Shown here: positions 42,023 through 55,400 of the stretch, piece by piece
Numbering within the stretch: position 1 is the stretch's first letter
How the letters are laid out: each line of letters opens with the position of its first letter
Assembly: GCA_035084275.1 (NCBI GenBank)
Contig: CM068749.1
Coordinates: 13,640,001 to 13,704,000, forward strand
Reading direction: 5' to 3'
Length of the DNA: 64,000 nucleotides
Origin: Hydrolagus colliei
Taxonomy: Eukaryota
Translations under genes and position numbers: made by a program
Notes under the pieces: model-generated
What the model was told of the DNA's origin: nothing
Databases searched by the model: none
What the model saw: only the letters and a program-made list of their open reading frames with translations

Positions 42023-43593
42023 CTGAAAGAGTCCAGAGAGAAAAAAACGAGATAAGTACATTATGACACTGGTTGGATGGTTTACTTTTGCGGACGATCC
42101 ATTAAATTCAGAATTTCTGAGTCTAAGAAAATTGGTTATCAACTTATTTCCCCAATTCACTCATCTAATTTTTACCCTATTAGGCACATATCTCTGAATA
42201 CAGCAGTTATAAGTTCAACTCCCAGATTGCCTGGTAATTTTAGACTAAGCTTACTTAGTAGGTTTAGTCTTGTCCATCCTAAGCTGAACACTGCATGCAA
42301 GTGAAGCTTTCATTATGGAAATAATCATTATATGGATTACCCAACAGCAGAAGAGCACAGGCAATGGTTACGTTGTGCTCTGCACTCTTGACTGGATGGT
42401 AATATTCAGTAGCCAACAACTGATAATAAATAATAATTAATTCACCATCTCTCCTATGTTTGACCCTTTTAGAACCTTTACTTAACTGCAATGATGGGTG
42501 AATGAAACTTCACAAATGTCTGACATTCCTCAGCTCTGCCAACACAATCATTTCTATGGAATGAGTAGCATCAATGTTTGTATTGCACTACTGCTGAACA
42601 CCCTACGCAGCAGAACAGATTGCTTGGAAGTGCTTTACGTCTTAAATCAATAGATACCACTACATCATGAACAGTTGAATCTGTGTCCCTATTTGTCTAA
42701 GGTTTACCATTCATCCATTCCGTTGGACAATACCACTCATAACCAATAATGGCCAAGAGGAAGACAGACTTCCAATGACTGCCTCAGCATCTATTTTACC
42801 AGGATAGCCAGAGGGAGAGCAAGATGAGATAAAAAAGATAGCATAGCTTTTTTCGAATGATAAAACTCCTCATCTAATAATAACTCAGGTGACGACATAT
42901 GAAATCCAATATCAATATTGGCTGTGAGATTATAATGACAATAGCTACTATGATGAGAAAATATTCAGATCTGAGATGGACCATTATTGAGTCACATTAC
43001 TCTCCTTGGTCTCAAATATTTTCGAAAGGAGAGGACGGTGGGATTTCTTTCAGAAAATAAAACCGCATCGAAGCAATTTCTTTGCAGTCTTATTTTTGAA
43101 AACTAACAAAAAAAGTAAAATCAAAGGTTTACGAAAGGAAGTGACACATCTGAACTGTTTGTTCATCTGCAGCTGAGATGGACCACACCGAGAATTAAAA
43201 ACAAAGGGAGGTTGAAATAAAGTGGGAGACAATGCTTCATTCTTTGTGATATTGTTTTTTTGTGCAGCTCTGTAAAAAGAAATATTGGCAGAAAGTATCA
43301 TAAATCACATCGGCAACTTTTTTCTAAAGCTACTTCACAGCACCTTATACAGTCTTACTTGCAAAATATATGTGTTAATAGTGCAGCACCATCGTCCTAT
43401 GACTGAAAAGCCATATTTTCCTGTTTGCTTTGAAGATAATAATAAAAGTGCTACATCAAACACAAGGATTATTATAATATTAACTTGCTTGAAAAACTCC
43501 TATGTATCTCAGTTTTGTTTGCTTCCAATGTTCCATAGTTTATGATTACAATAGATTTAAAGTAACTTGCAATGCAGTACTATTCCATCACAG

Positions 43594-43817
43594 TTTCCTT
43601 ACTCCACATGCCTAATAATAATCCGTCCAAAAAAAACACAATAATAAAAATCACTCCATGACTGTTTGTAGGATGCTGTTGCGCGCAATTGGCTGCCGCG
43701 TTTTGCCCACAAATATACAGTCAAATTCACTATAGAGTATATTCTTTGAAGTGTTTTGAGATGTTGATAAAATGTGAAAAGCGATATATCAAAATGCAAG
43801 GATTATTATTATTATTA
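43594..43817 (+). mobile_element. Same SINE family, head missing
   Basis: Reverse complement of the other copies; ends atatcaaaatgcaaggattattattattatta. Confidence 0.85.
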
Positions 43818-44447
43818 TCACTGATGCTACTTTCCAAGAGCGTTAGTAGTTGATAAACATTTGTACTTGTACTGCCACTCAACATGGCCTGGATATTTCA
43901 CCAGTTCGTGATTTACTAGGGTCTTTCCTGGACATAATAAAGAGAAGCTCTGAGGTAAGGCTGGAGAGATGTTCCTTTAATTTGCTACGAATCGGAAAAC
44001 CAGTATCCAAAGGAGCATATCTGACCATTAGTTCACCATTATCACCACTTAAAAAGAATTGTGATCTGAATTTAATAATTTTTATTTTGTTTGGAATTAA
44101 GCTGTTGCTGGAAAGATCACTGGACTTCATCCATGTCAGAGCAGAACTAAGCTGTGTCAGACGGTCTGACATAACCAAACACTGTATAGCCTCCTGCTTG
44201 TATGGTGCAATCCAGAGACATTCCAAAGAGGTTCTTGCCACGGGCCGCCTGCTTCTCTGTTGCACGGTCACTACTGCGGAGCTCAGATTCTGTGTTCTGT
44301 GGATAGAATTGGGCTCTGCCTGGCCTGTGCTCCCAATTCATTTGAAATGCTGATGGCTCCTTGGAATGAAACGACTGAACTGGATACCAAACCATTATCT
44401 GTGGTGAAATAAAAGGCAGTTTTCAGTTTTGGACTTTGGACTATATA

Positions 44448-44812
44448 CAGTAGAAGCCTGTTTATCCGGCACGCTCGGAGGGGTTGACTAATTGACTGTG
44501 CTGAATAATCGGGCGGCAAATTGCCGAAAACCCAACACAAAAACTGTACTTATTTTGAAACATATTATAATAATATACTAAATAGTAACAGAATATTATA
44601 TAGCTACTTACCAATAAAGATTCTAGCACACTCGGTAAAAAATCAAAAAGATTGGTAAAAACCTCCAAGTTCATAAGTTTAATAAGTGCGCATGCGCATG
44701 CATTGCCCGCATGCGCAAATTGAGCATACTCGCGATTGCTGGAATGGGGAATTGCCCCGGGAGGGGGTCGAGCAATCTGGTTAATCAGGTCACGATAAAC
44801 GGGCTTCTACTG
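44448..44812. mobile_element. Tc1/mariner-superfamily (Tigger/pogo-like) MITE, 365 bp
   Basis: TA target duplication (44446-44447, 44813-44814); TIRs CAGTAGAAGCCTGTTTATC and CAGTAGAAGCCCGTTTATC (18/19). Confidence 0.88.
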
Positions 44813-45196
44813 TACCAACCACAAATTTACGATACCACGATATAACAATCACTAGCATTACAGTGCCATACAGTACCAGGGGCCATTAAGTAGCTTATTT
44901 TTGTGGTGGTTAGGAAACTGGTTAGGGAAGCAGGGCACTGCATCCAAGGACCTACCAGACTACTTAGATTCATGCCAAATGTGTTATAAAAAGCTTCAGG
45001 GACATTTCCCATATATATTATTTAAGGATACAACAGACAGCAAATATTATATCACTTACTGGACTCAGCAGCAGAATGTGCTGATGACGTGCTGCCTTGA
45101 AAGAGTTGAACTATCATCTTCTCAGGCTTTGAAAGATGCTTTCCCAGTGTCCTGTGGCTTTTGCTGTGCAGCTGATGGCTACTCTATACTGTAATA

Positions 45197-45640
45197 AAAA
45201 CACAAACTGCTGGAAATGCACAGCAGGTCAATCATCATCTGAAAGAGAAAGACAGGCTTTCATCTTGTGATCTTTCACCAGATTTGAAGACGCTGGGGGA
45301 AACGCCACATTATAAACATGGGCAAGTCAGGCCCTGGTTTTAAATGTTTGAATTATTTCCTGGAAACATTTAAAACCAGGATCTCCAAAAGGCGACCCAA
45401 TGGAAGGAAGCATTAGTATGCTGTGAAAGGAGAGTTAAGGTGTTGTTTATGATAGTAAAGAAATGTCCACAACAGTCAGATATAGATACTTTCCATTGTT
45501 TTGCTAGGCTGGTCCAACTTACCCACATCAAGCCTAAAAGGAGCTTTTGCTCCCTGTACTTGTCTGAGTTTCAAACATTAGATGATCTTTCTATTTTCGA
45601 TGCTGATTGACCTGCGATGCACTTACAGGATTTGAGTTTT
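45197..45640. mobile_element. Repeat with about 43-bp imperfect inverted termini, resembling a common chondrichthyan (possibly Penelope-derived) repeat
   Basis: aaaacacaaactgctggaaatgcacagcaggtcaatcatcatc versus the reverse complement of 45599-45640. Family assignment is from memory. Confidence 0.55.
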
Positions 45641-46157
45641 TTTTTCTTTTTGCTGTTTTTTTCTACTGTATTGAACCCTATCTGGAGCCATCCTTTTGAG
45701 GTCTTGAATTATGTGGACCTTGCACTTTGCCAGTTTAATGGCTTGTGTTTTCTTATGGTCTTCAGCTGTTGATAAATTGAATGCATCTTTTCAGTTTTGT
45801 GTTAGTGACACCAGTCGTTGTGCTATCATTTTCTATTTGTGTCACCATCAATGTTACACATGACTTTCTCGCGCATTGGCCAATTTCCACTTGTTGCAGA
45901 AAAGAATCTGAACAACTGTAATTAACAGTTACTTTACTATCAGCACCAAATTAAGAAGCCTGCTGACCCGAAGAACCTTCAAGAAACTATTTTCAAATGT
46001 TAAAGAATCATAGAATTATCATTTCGCCTATAAAATATGTAGTCGCTAAACTTTCTAGTATATCCTGTTAAAGGATTTGAGGCGTCCTCATGACGTGAAA
46101 GGCACAACATCAAACACAGCTTATTATTATGGTATCTTTTACTGTATATTATTACTG

Positions 46158-46358
46158 TGTGGTTAGAGCACTCGCCTTACAAGCAAGAAACCTGGATTTG
46201 ATTCCAGGCAGGGCGAAATCTTGGGCAAATTTCCTTACTCCTCATGCCTGCTAATAACTCCTCAAAACAAATTGATGAATTCAATCCATGACTGTTTGTG
46301 GGACACTGCTGTGCGCTATTGGCTGCTATTGGCTACATTCTGTGAAGCGCTTTGAAAC
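46158..46358 (+). mobile_element. Same SINE family, head and core
   Basis: tggttagagcactcgccttacaagc...ggatttgattcc head followed by gtttgtgggacactgctgtgcg. Confidence 0.8.
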
Positions 46359-49300
46359 TATCATGGATTCTGCTTCAAGATATAAAAACATGAATATTGT
46401 CTCCCCAAAACTGGATAACATGAGAAACTAACAGCAATAATGGAATCTCGAGCATGCGCTTTGTGGATTTTGTGCTGGTCTTTATAGTCCCAGCTACTGG
46501 CATTGTATCAGCCTTGCATCTCCATACCACTATAGCCACTGGACGTGATATGAGTTGAGTTACCTTCTGCCAGTTGACACCGAGTGTCAGGAAATTCAGC
46601 TACTGAACTGATTGTACTGATTTACACTAAATGTCCTCATATTTATTCAATGAGGGTTTGAGATCAAATAGGGGAAAAGACTTTTCATCAGATTGAAAAT
46701 GCGTAGGTAACATTTTGAGCCATTACACCCAAATGTGTGCTTCCTTCACTCTACTTATTTTGCACTGCTATCCTTCCAGGTTTAAAAAAAATCCAGTTAC
46801 CACTGTGATCTTCCTGCACCATTTATTAGTATTGCGGATGGAGATTAATGTGCCTGAAACTGTGCCTGGTCGCTTTGTCTATAGGTGCATGTTGCTAGAT
46901 ATTGCATAATCTTTCCAATTATTTCTTTCTCACACTAGACAGTCAAGATAACTAGTGCAAAATGTCAGGCCTTTGGGGGCATTCGGGATAAGGGTAAATT
47001 CAGAAAAGCTGTTCCTTGCGGCATATTGAATTTGTATCAGTGAAGTGTTTAGATACAATCTGTATTTTCAGATTCTCTGCAAAACGCAAGACTGCTGTTA
47101 AGTATGTGATGATTTCTTGATTTAAAAAAACCACAAGAAGAAATTGTGCTGCCTTTGTGTAGAAGGGTAAGAGACAAAACTGAAGCATATCCATAAAATA
47201 AATTGGCATAACTATCAACAATTATAGGTTAAAAATTTATGCTTAATGCAACATGTCTGAAATGCTTATATTTTGACTTTAGGGAGCAAAATTTACTGGG
47301 TTTCATAATGCAAAGATGTATTATGAAATACCACACAATTCCCCCCCCCATTTACAGTTATGAGTTTTGTATAAGAATTCTATTACCATGTAGGTTATTT
47401 ATGGAAGGTGTTCAGGAGAAGCTTTCAATCCATCTGTGAGGAAGTCATTTAGTCCCACTTGATATCTCCCTTTGACAAAGTACCATAATCCAAGACCTTC
47501 CTCTGGTGGGAATCACAGCCAAACAGTATGTCAGTAAACCAATTGCTTCACCCTTTATTGAATAACCCTGTCAGGAGCAGGTCATGCATTTTGCCCATGG
47601 CAGCTTTTCTTCACATCTCACTTCTGCATGATTGGAATTTGTTGACAGCAGTTTTCCACTAAATACATCCACTAGCTGCTAAACTGTATTGAAGCAAATT
47701 CACTATTTTCCCTTTCACAGTGCCATAAGCATGTGCAAAGGCTATTGGCGTATGCACATGGTTGCCACCAAGGCATGTGTAATGTGATAAATTCTATTGA
47801 CAAATATGACTGGAGTTTTGGTTAGCAGATATTTGCATCTAAAGTCTTGGCTAATTCCTTAATGCTAATATTTGAAACTTGCAACACTTGGAAAATAATC
47901 ATGCTACTGGAAAAGAAAACTTTTCAAAAATATTTGGTTCTGTTCCTCAACAGTTCAAATCTAATTTCACATGCCTACTGAGGGGGAAATGTAAGGACAT
48001 ACAATAAACTTGGCCCATTTGGAAATTTCTATTCCCTAAATTGTTCAATGCGTATTGGAAGCCAGTGCAAATTATAGTGATTCAGAAATGCAAATAGTAA
48101 TACAGTTTTTCTTAAGTAAGAACAGAAAATGCAGGAAACTATAGAGGTGTCCTCACAAATTCCTTCACCCAGGGGAAAATTTGACCCAATATAATACTGT
48201 AGAATTGCCCTGTCAGACATGACAGCTCACTTGCATTTCTTTGCACACTAGTCCTTACTTCTGTTTTAACAATTGATGGATTTTGTCAGCTGGTAACATC
48301 AAACATTACTGGTATATAATCTTCTTACAGTCTCTTTAAAATTTGCTGTTTTCTGCATAACCTTTGGCATCTTAAGCTAACAGAGTGAATAGGAATAGTT
48401 TTTCCCTAACAGATTCATAAATTATTCCTTTTAAACTTACACTTCAAAGCAAAAACATGCTGGTTTACTGTGAGGAATCACATTGCCTGGCACCTTTTAC
48501 AGCTAATTCCATATTCAAGAGGCAATGGGAGTCCATGCTACTGTCTAACATTCTGTCTGTGATGCCTATTTGTTATTACTGACCACAAAATGATTTAACC
48601 CAATCACTTTATGACCTTATATATGATCTTCATGGCACACCTGGCTTCTTTAAAGTACATTCAATGACTAAAGGGAATTGTTTACATTGCGAGCAACCTG
48701 ATCTATGTTCACACACAACCACAACAAAATTGCATGTGCAGAGTGGCTTTCATGTCAGGAGGACGTCCAAAGACTTTGTGCTGGGATAAAATATAAGCTC
48801 TTAAAATGTTCATTAAAGTTCTTTACATTATAGTTTCACGAGCTGCAGTACACCGTTTTTGGCAGCACCTAAAATATCTTAAATGAATATCGTAAAAATC
48901 TATCGAGAGTAGAATTGTATTCTGCCACTAAATATTTATTTCAAAGTTATATTAGTCAACAAAAACAGGAAATTTGAAATGTCTACAAACTATTCCAATT
49001 CTCCCATTCCAGCACAGTCATTTTATTTTCAAAACAGAAATTGATTTTCATTGGCTAAGCTTGAAAGGAATGGGCAAGAGGACATTGAATAGATCTGAAC
49101 GTAAGTGTCTCATTCCATGGAACCTTACAGCACAGGAACGAGCCATTTGACCCAACCAGGCTGGGGATTATACCGCCAAATGAGCCTTATGGTACCCTTC
49201 AAAGGGCTCTGAGACGCCGTCCGGCGTGGAGGGCGCTATATAAATCAAAGTTGTTGTTGTTGTTATGGTAAGGAAATAATTAAGAGATTGAAAAATCTCT

Positions 49301-51699
49301 ACAGAAATTTTGTGAAAAAGTAGTCGGGAACATTTTAGAAAGGATGCTGATATGATGACGGCCTCAGATTCTCTTTCACTTAATGAAGATAAAAGGCTTG
49401 CAGTTCCCCCGGAACCTGAGCATTTCAATGAATGATTTCCCCCTTTGTAGTGACAGACTTTCCGAACTTTTGCAGAGGAAATGCTCTTGTGGTTACAATG
49501 ATTACACGTAGCTGCCGCACAAACAATTCCATGCATCTGGTCTATAATTCCCTGCACTTGTGGAATTTTAATGTAAGTGACGTTGTTGCCTCGGCATCTA
49601 CTACTGATTACTAATGGGATGGATGTGCAGAGTTGCTTTTGCAAAGAGTGCATCAGTTACTTCCTTTATGCCACATTATATAGATGTCTTCAGTAATGTC
49701 CTTTGTGAATGTTGTAAAGGTCCCAGTCACACAGACACATAAGGCATTGGTGCCTGTAACTGTCACTGTAGCAATGTACATACTGCTGACTGACTGTGAG
49801 TGTCTCTTAAGCAGGTGACACAACACTTGTCCGGCAGCCTGCACTTATTCACTCAATGCTCTTTTATTCTGTCCTGTTAGTCGAGTTTAGCAACACCTTG
49901 TATACTCAATGTTGCCATCTTAAAAATTCAGTTTTGGTATGACACTGCCTTTGTAACTGTTCAATCTCACTACCTTGTTAAAAAATGTTCTTGTACCTTA
50001 GTGTTAGGTCTAGTTTAATCCTAAACTACTTCTATGTATTCTGTACTTTCTCAGGTGTGAAGGATTGCATGGATTCTTCTTTCAAAGAATGTTGAAAGGG
50101 TTTGGATTTTGTTGACAAATGCAAGTGTATTGAAAAGTAGGGGTGCAAAATGTTTTCTCACAGATTCATTAACACATTCAAAGATTAACAAATCTGTTAT
50201 GAAACATCACATTTTTTCACTGTTGGAGTGTTAAAGTAGAGCTGATGTATGAAATTCCACACCTCTTTATGCTTAATGGCACGGTCACTAACATTAGCTA
50301 AGGAACATGTCACACTTTTTTTAAGATTTGCTAAATGTTATCTCTGCCTATGAAGAAACACTGGCTGTGATTTATATCCTACGTGTAGCAAGAGTTGACA
50401 ACAGAAAACTCTGTTGCAGCAACATAGCTTTAAATAATTGTCACAACCATACAGCAAGGTCCATTTGGTAATCCAAACTTACATGATCCAATATATACCC
50501 ATCCGACCCTCCTTTTCCATATTTATAGGACAAATTTCAATTAGTAAAGAAAAAAATATTGGAACAGTGAGATAAATAAATATTGTCATTATTTCAAACA
50601 TCCAGATGAGATATGAGTTTAGCTACTATCAGGACTTCACACATCTTCTTGATCAAACTGTATTGATCAGTCTGCTGTAACTGCACTAAAATCCCAATGA
50701 TAAAGAAACCTGCATCAGTCATGCTAGAGAGGATCAGTTATCGCATCACTCTTTTTCCAGACAATACCCAGCAGATCATATTATACTGCAGAAGTATTTA
50801 ACATTAGGATTTGTGGAACACAAAATAACATATATATGTTTGTGCAATCAATATTATTTCTGGCAAATATTTTATTTAAAAAGATAGTTAATTCACAAGC
50901 ATATAGATTGTAGCATGCTGTGAACTATTAAAGATAAAACCGATGTGCATATTGAATAGGTTTTATTGATCCTGTAAGCTCCAGCATTACATTAACCTAA
51001 CAACTGATTAATTCCTGCTTGGAAGCTGTATGATGGATATATTTATAAAGCCATTAGCTTTTACAGTGAAGGAAGTTGAAAATAAATTGTATTTTCACTG
51101 GTAACAATCCCCCACCCCCGCAAAATTAAAAATATAACTTGTTTACCAGCTGTTCCTTTTTTCTTATATTTTCTGACCTTTGTTTGTACTATAGTAGGAA
51201 AATGTGCAAAGTGGTTTGATATAGACCAGTACTTAGGCTGTGTAACCCCAGGACTACACTTACTTACAATGTTGTCTGGTTTGCTACCAGCTGATGGAAA
51301 ATGTCTCCAATGCTTACAATTATATGTCAAGTTTTTTAACTTCAACACAAGGTCTAAAGGCTTCAGAACTACCAATGTGGGAGTTTATGCCATAGATCAT
51401 TATATGACTTAAATATGCTGCTCGTATTCATACTTGGAGAGCGATTAAGGTCATCACCTGGTCCAAATGTGATTTATAGCACAGCTGTTGTGGCAATGTT
51501 ATAGAAAGCAACTTATATTAATAGCATCCGGTCCTTACTAATTGGACCAGTTGGTGTTTTCGGATACCAGCAGTAAATCGACTGGACTAAGCAGCCTGAC
51601 ATCAACACTATCCATATCAACTGAAAATAACTCTCGTCTTTAATGAACAGTTTGTAAAAACAGCTCTGAAGTGGATTTTGGCCATGACATCTGGAGAAA

Positions 51700-51897
51700 T
51701 TCCCTTTTCTTTTTGAATTGGGGCATTGGATCTTTAAGGGTTTTATCGGAAGGTTGGCACCTCTGACAATACTAGGATAGATTCCAGGATAGCACTGCAC
51801 TGGATTGTCAGCAGAGACTTTGAGCTCAAAGTGCCAACGTGAGCCTTGAACCCATAGCCTCCTGACTCAGAGGTGAGAGTACTGTCAACTGAGCCGG
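51700..51897 (-). mobile_element. Old DeuSINE relic with tRNA-like head
   Basis: ggcacctctgacaat...gcactgcactggattgtcagc...ttgaacccatagcctcctgactcagaggtgagagtactgtcaactgagcc. Confidence 0.65.
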
Positions 51898-53026
51898 GCT
51901 GAGACCTTGCTCAAATGATGCATTGTTATGCACCAATTTAAAAAAATATCATGTGCCATGCCTCAAACGACCAACAGAAGGTGATACACATTGCAGTAAT
52001 TCTTATGTTGTGACCTTACAGCATAAGTTGTTATCATCTCTTTTCAACTCAGGTTCACTCTCCCTCAATGTAGAATTGTATAGGAGCTCAGTCTGATGTC
52101 TTACATCATTAGATGCCTCTCTAGCCAGCTGAGATACAAAGGAATGTAATTCCCCAATGCTCAAAATGAATTCATACGTTTGGATACAGAGCAATGATTC
52201 GACTTTCAAATTAATCAAATTCAAAGCAGTGTTTAGTGAAGCTGCTTCATTCTCCAACTCCAGGTGACAACCATATAAATTAATGACTGCAAATGTCTGC
52301 CTTTTAAAGGTCTTCACTTTCTGATCACAGGAGTTGTGTGCACTGTGAACAGCCATTTGTTACTTTCTAAAGGGAAGATTAATAATTTTAAGATATTACA
52401 TATTAGTCTCATCAGAGATGACAGCGTAAATATTAAAGATGTATTTCCCACCCAATGTTCATAAACATAAATTTCAATAGCATTCGCCATACTGATTTCA
52501 TCCTGGGAGAAAGCAAATCACAATTTTATTCTGTTATGTTTAGGGATATTAACGTTGTCAACAAGAAAGCCTCTTGCGCACAGGAACTGTCAATTAGAAA
52601 TAATTTTAATGTTAATATTACGGATTTTGGTAATTGACCATGAATGGAAAGTATTAAAAAAAACTTATGCAGTCTCAATGTTTGATAATGTTTAACTCAA
52701 TGTGAGACGAAACATAAGACCAATTTCCCTGGTGGAGAGAACATGCAATGATACAAGCTGTATTTATCTACTACACAGCAGTGCATGGAATGAAACACAT
52801 AACAGAGGATTGCACTGGGGACTAAACTGCCGAAGTGCATAATTAAAAAAAAAGTAGGTTTCTCCTTTGAGATAAAACGTTGGTATTAGTACAACAGCAG
52901 ATGTTACTGTGTAATGCCAGTTTTCCAGCAACTGCTTTTAGTCTCTTTTTAAAATTGGCAAAATCCATATTCTGGCCCATTTTCACATAATGGAATAGGT
53001 AAATGGTCTTCACTCTTAGCAGTTTA

Positions 53027-53092
53027 CAACAACACAACAAAATTACATTTCCAGAGCGCCTTTCACATCGGGAGGACGTCCCAAGGCACTGA
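53027..53092 (-). mobile_element. About 60-bp L2-type 3'-tail stub with (TTG)n end; one of several copies
   Basis: aacaaaattacattt...gcgcctttcacatcgggaggacgtcccaaggcactg. Related copies near 8373, 13630, 20388, 25498, 28024, 35213 and 48718. Confidence 0.7.
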
Positions 53093-53203
53093 ATATTAGG
53101 GTTCTGTTCATTTCCATTGTATATGTTAACCGGTTCACTAATATGGTACAAATTCATCTCTTCCCCAATCCTATCAATGTTATCAGTCTAATAACAAAGT
53201 TAG

Positions 53204-53493
53204 TAATAATAATAATCCTTGCATTTGATATAGTGCTTTTCACGTCTTCTAGAGTCTCAAAGCGCTTCACAGAATATACTGTAAAGTGAATTGACTGTAT
53301 ATATGTGGGTGAAATGCGGGAGCCAATTGCGCACAACAGTGTCCCACAAACAGTCATGGATTGAAATGACTTTTTTTTTTTTCTTGAGGGCTTATTATCA
53401 GGCATGTAGAGTAAGGAAATTTGCCTACGGTTTCGCCCCGACCTGCCGGGAATCGAACCCAGGCCTCTCGCTCTTACCATTGAGTACTGAGGA
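53204..53493 (-). mobile_element. Same SINE family, near full length
   Basis: Tail, core and B box (ggaatcgaaccc on +). Confidence 0.85.
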
Positions 53494-55242
53494 ACTCCAC
53501 TGTGTACTGAGTATGACAGTGAAGAAGATAAGGAAGAGTCAGCACATCTGGGATTATAGTGAACATATGGCTAACATTCCTTCAGGTAATACAGTAAATG
53601 AAACACCTCAAACTTATTAATACATTTCCTTAAAACTCTTTCCATTTGACAATGCTGCCGCAACATTGATAAGTGTCAATTTCACAGGATAGAGGACATT
53701 CTGGAAAAAAAAGCACACACTATTATACCAATAAAAAAAAACTGTCCCTTCCTGTCACATTGTGGTTTTTATTACCCTTTTAAGTTTCCTGTGACAAATC
53801 AGAACCAAACCTGACAGTCGTAATAGAATAAATCTGTATTGCAAAAATATAATGGTTGGAATCAGCAGATAAAACCTAGAAAGCCACATGCTCGTTGAAA
53901 GAGAAGTTATAATAATAATAAGTTATAAGCTCCACCTGAAACGACAAAGCTCACAATATAAAAACTGGTTAAGTGTCTGGTATCTCTGAGCCTCTTTCAG
54001 TTCATTATATCACCGGAACCCTTTGAATGTGCCACAAATCCTAAAGACACTTACAGCAATGCAGAACTTGATGTTAGTTTTATACTACTGCCACCATCGA
54101 GTCAGAATGCTGCTGTGAAAGAGGGATGAAGAGAGGTAGAGAGAGAATAGCACTGTAGGGCGCAGGGTAGCGGGAGAGAAAAGAGACAAGGGCTACTATT
54201 GTGGGATAGAGAAACCATAATCATAAAGAGAAACAAAACACATAACAAAGACCGAAAACAATAAGAGAACAGAACATGTTTGGATTTTGAGATCTTATAT
54301 TTTTGTGCTCCAATAAACCACTAACAATGGCTTTAAAAGATGTTCTGAAATTACTCATATAGTATGGCAGAACAATTCTCCCAGGGGTTTGATCGTTCTG
54401 TTTTCTAGAGGTCTCCAAGATCAAGTTCAAACATAAGCCTCCTTGCCTTCCACAGTCCCTATGGAATTGGATTTGAACCCAAGTTCTAGAGGTGAAAGGT
54501 CAATAAATGCATCCTAACATTGTTATTCCACTTTCCCTGATTATACCAACCATCCAATCTGTTTCTTTAGATGTTTTAACTCCTTTAAATTATTATCTCA
54601 TTGAAAGTAGAAAGAAAATAGTTATGCAAACCACCATTTACTTGCACGTTACACGTGGTCCTCCAATATAGTTAGATCCTTATTCAATACTTGTTGGTGT
54701 GTTTAGTACTAAAACATACCTGGTTTGCTGCTACGTTTCCCGTCACACCAGAAAGAAAAACTACTGTTCGCAAACATTATACTCATTGATAAGGATATCA
54801 ATGTATTGAAACATCCCAGATACAAAGACAATGAACATTAAATGATTAAGTACACTATTAGCCAAAGAAAAAACTGAATAGTATATGCATGGATTCATTA
54901 TTATTAATGGACTATGGTTCTGAGTGTGTATTCATACAAAGAGAGTATCATATCTCTATGAGGTGACTTAGTTTCATAGCATTTGCAGAGAGGGAAGCAG
55001 GCCATTTGGCCCAACTACCATGTCAGCGATTCAAGAAATAGTGTTTGTAGAATGCTGTTATCCTGAGATTGCAATAGTGTTTTCTTCACCAGAAATTATA
55101 AAAGATGGAGTTTTTCAAATTACAGTATAAAGAAGACGCTATGAATTTAGAAATAGTGTATGTTGATTTGCAAATCTTCATTTCTGCTTTAATAATTTGT
55201 CCCATTTGAATTATCTTGGAATGCTGCATTTCCAGCCATGTA

Positions 55243-55400
55243 AATCCATGATGGTTTGTGGAAAACTGCTGTGCTCAATTGTCTTCTGCATTTCGTCTAT
55301 AAAATATACAGTCAAATATTACAGTATATTCTTGAAGTGCTTTGCGACGTCTCAATGATGCAATATCAAACGTAAGGATTATTATTAAAATTATTATTAT
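55243..55400 (+). mobile_element. Same SINE family, degenerate 3' half
   Basis: Core plus tail. Further degenerate pieces at about 14260-14415, 22395-22495, 27530-27609, 31120-31280, 37375-37530 and 37960-38110. Confidence 0.7.

Noticed and set aside
43850-44395. Overlapping 82-167 aa ORFs in the NTNG1 intron
   Set aside because: No recognisable domain or convincing splice framing; consistent with chance.
46158-46230. tRNA-like sequences (also near 7880-7948 and 25290-25358)
   Set aside because: They are SINE heads contiguous with SINE bodies; no complete acceptor stem seen.
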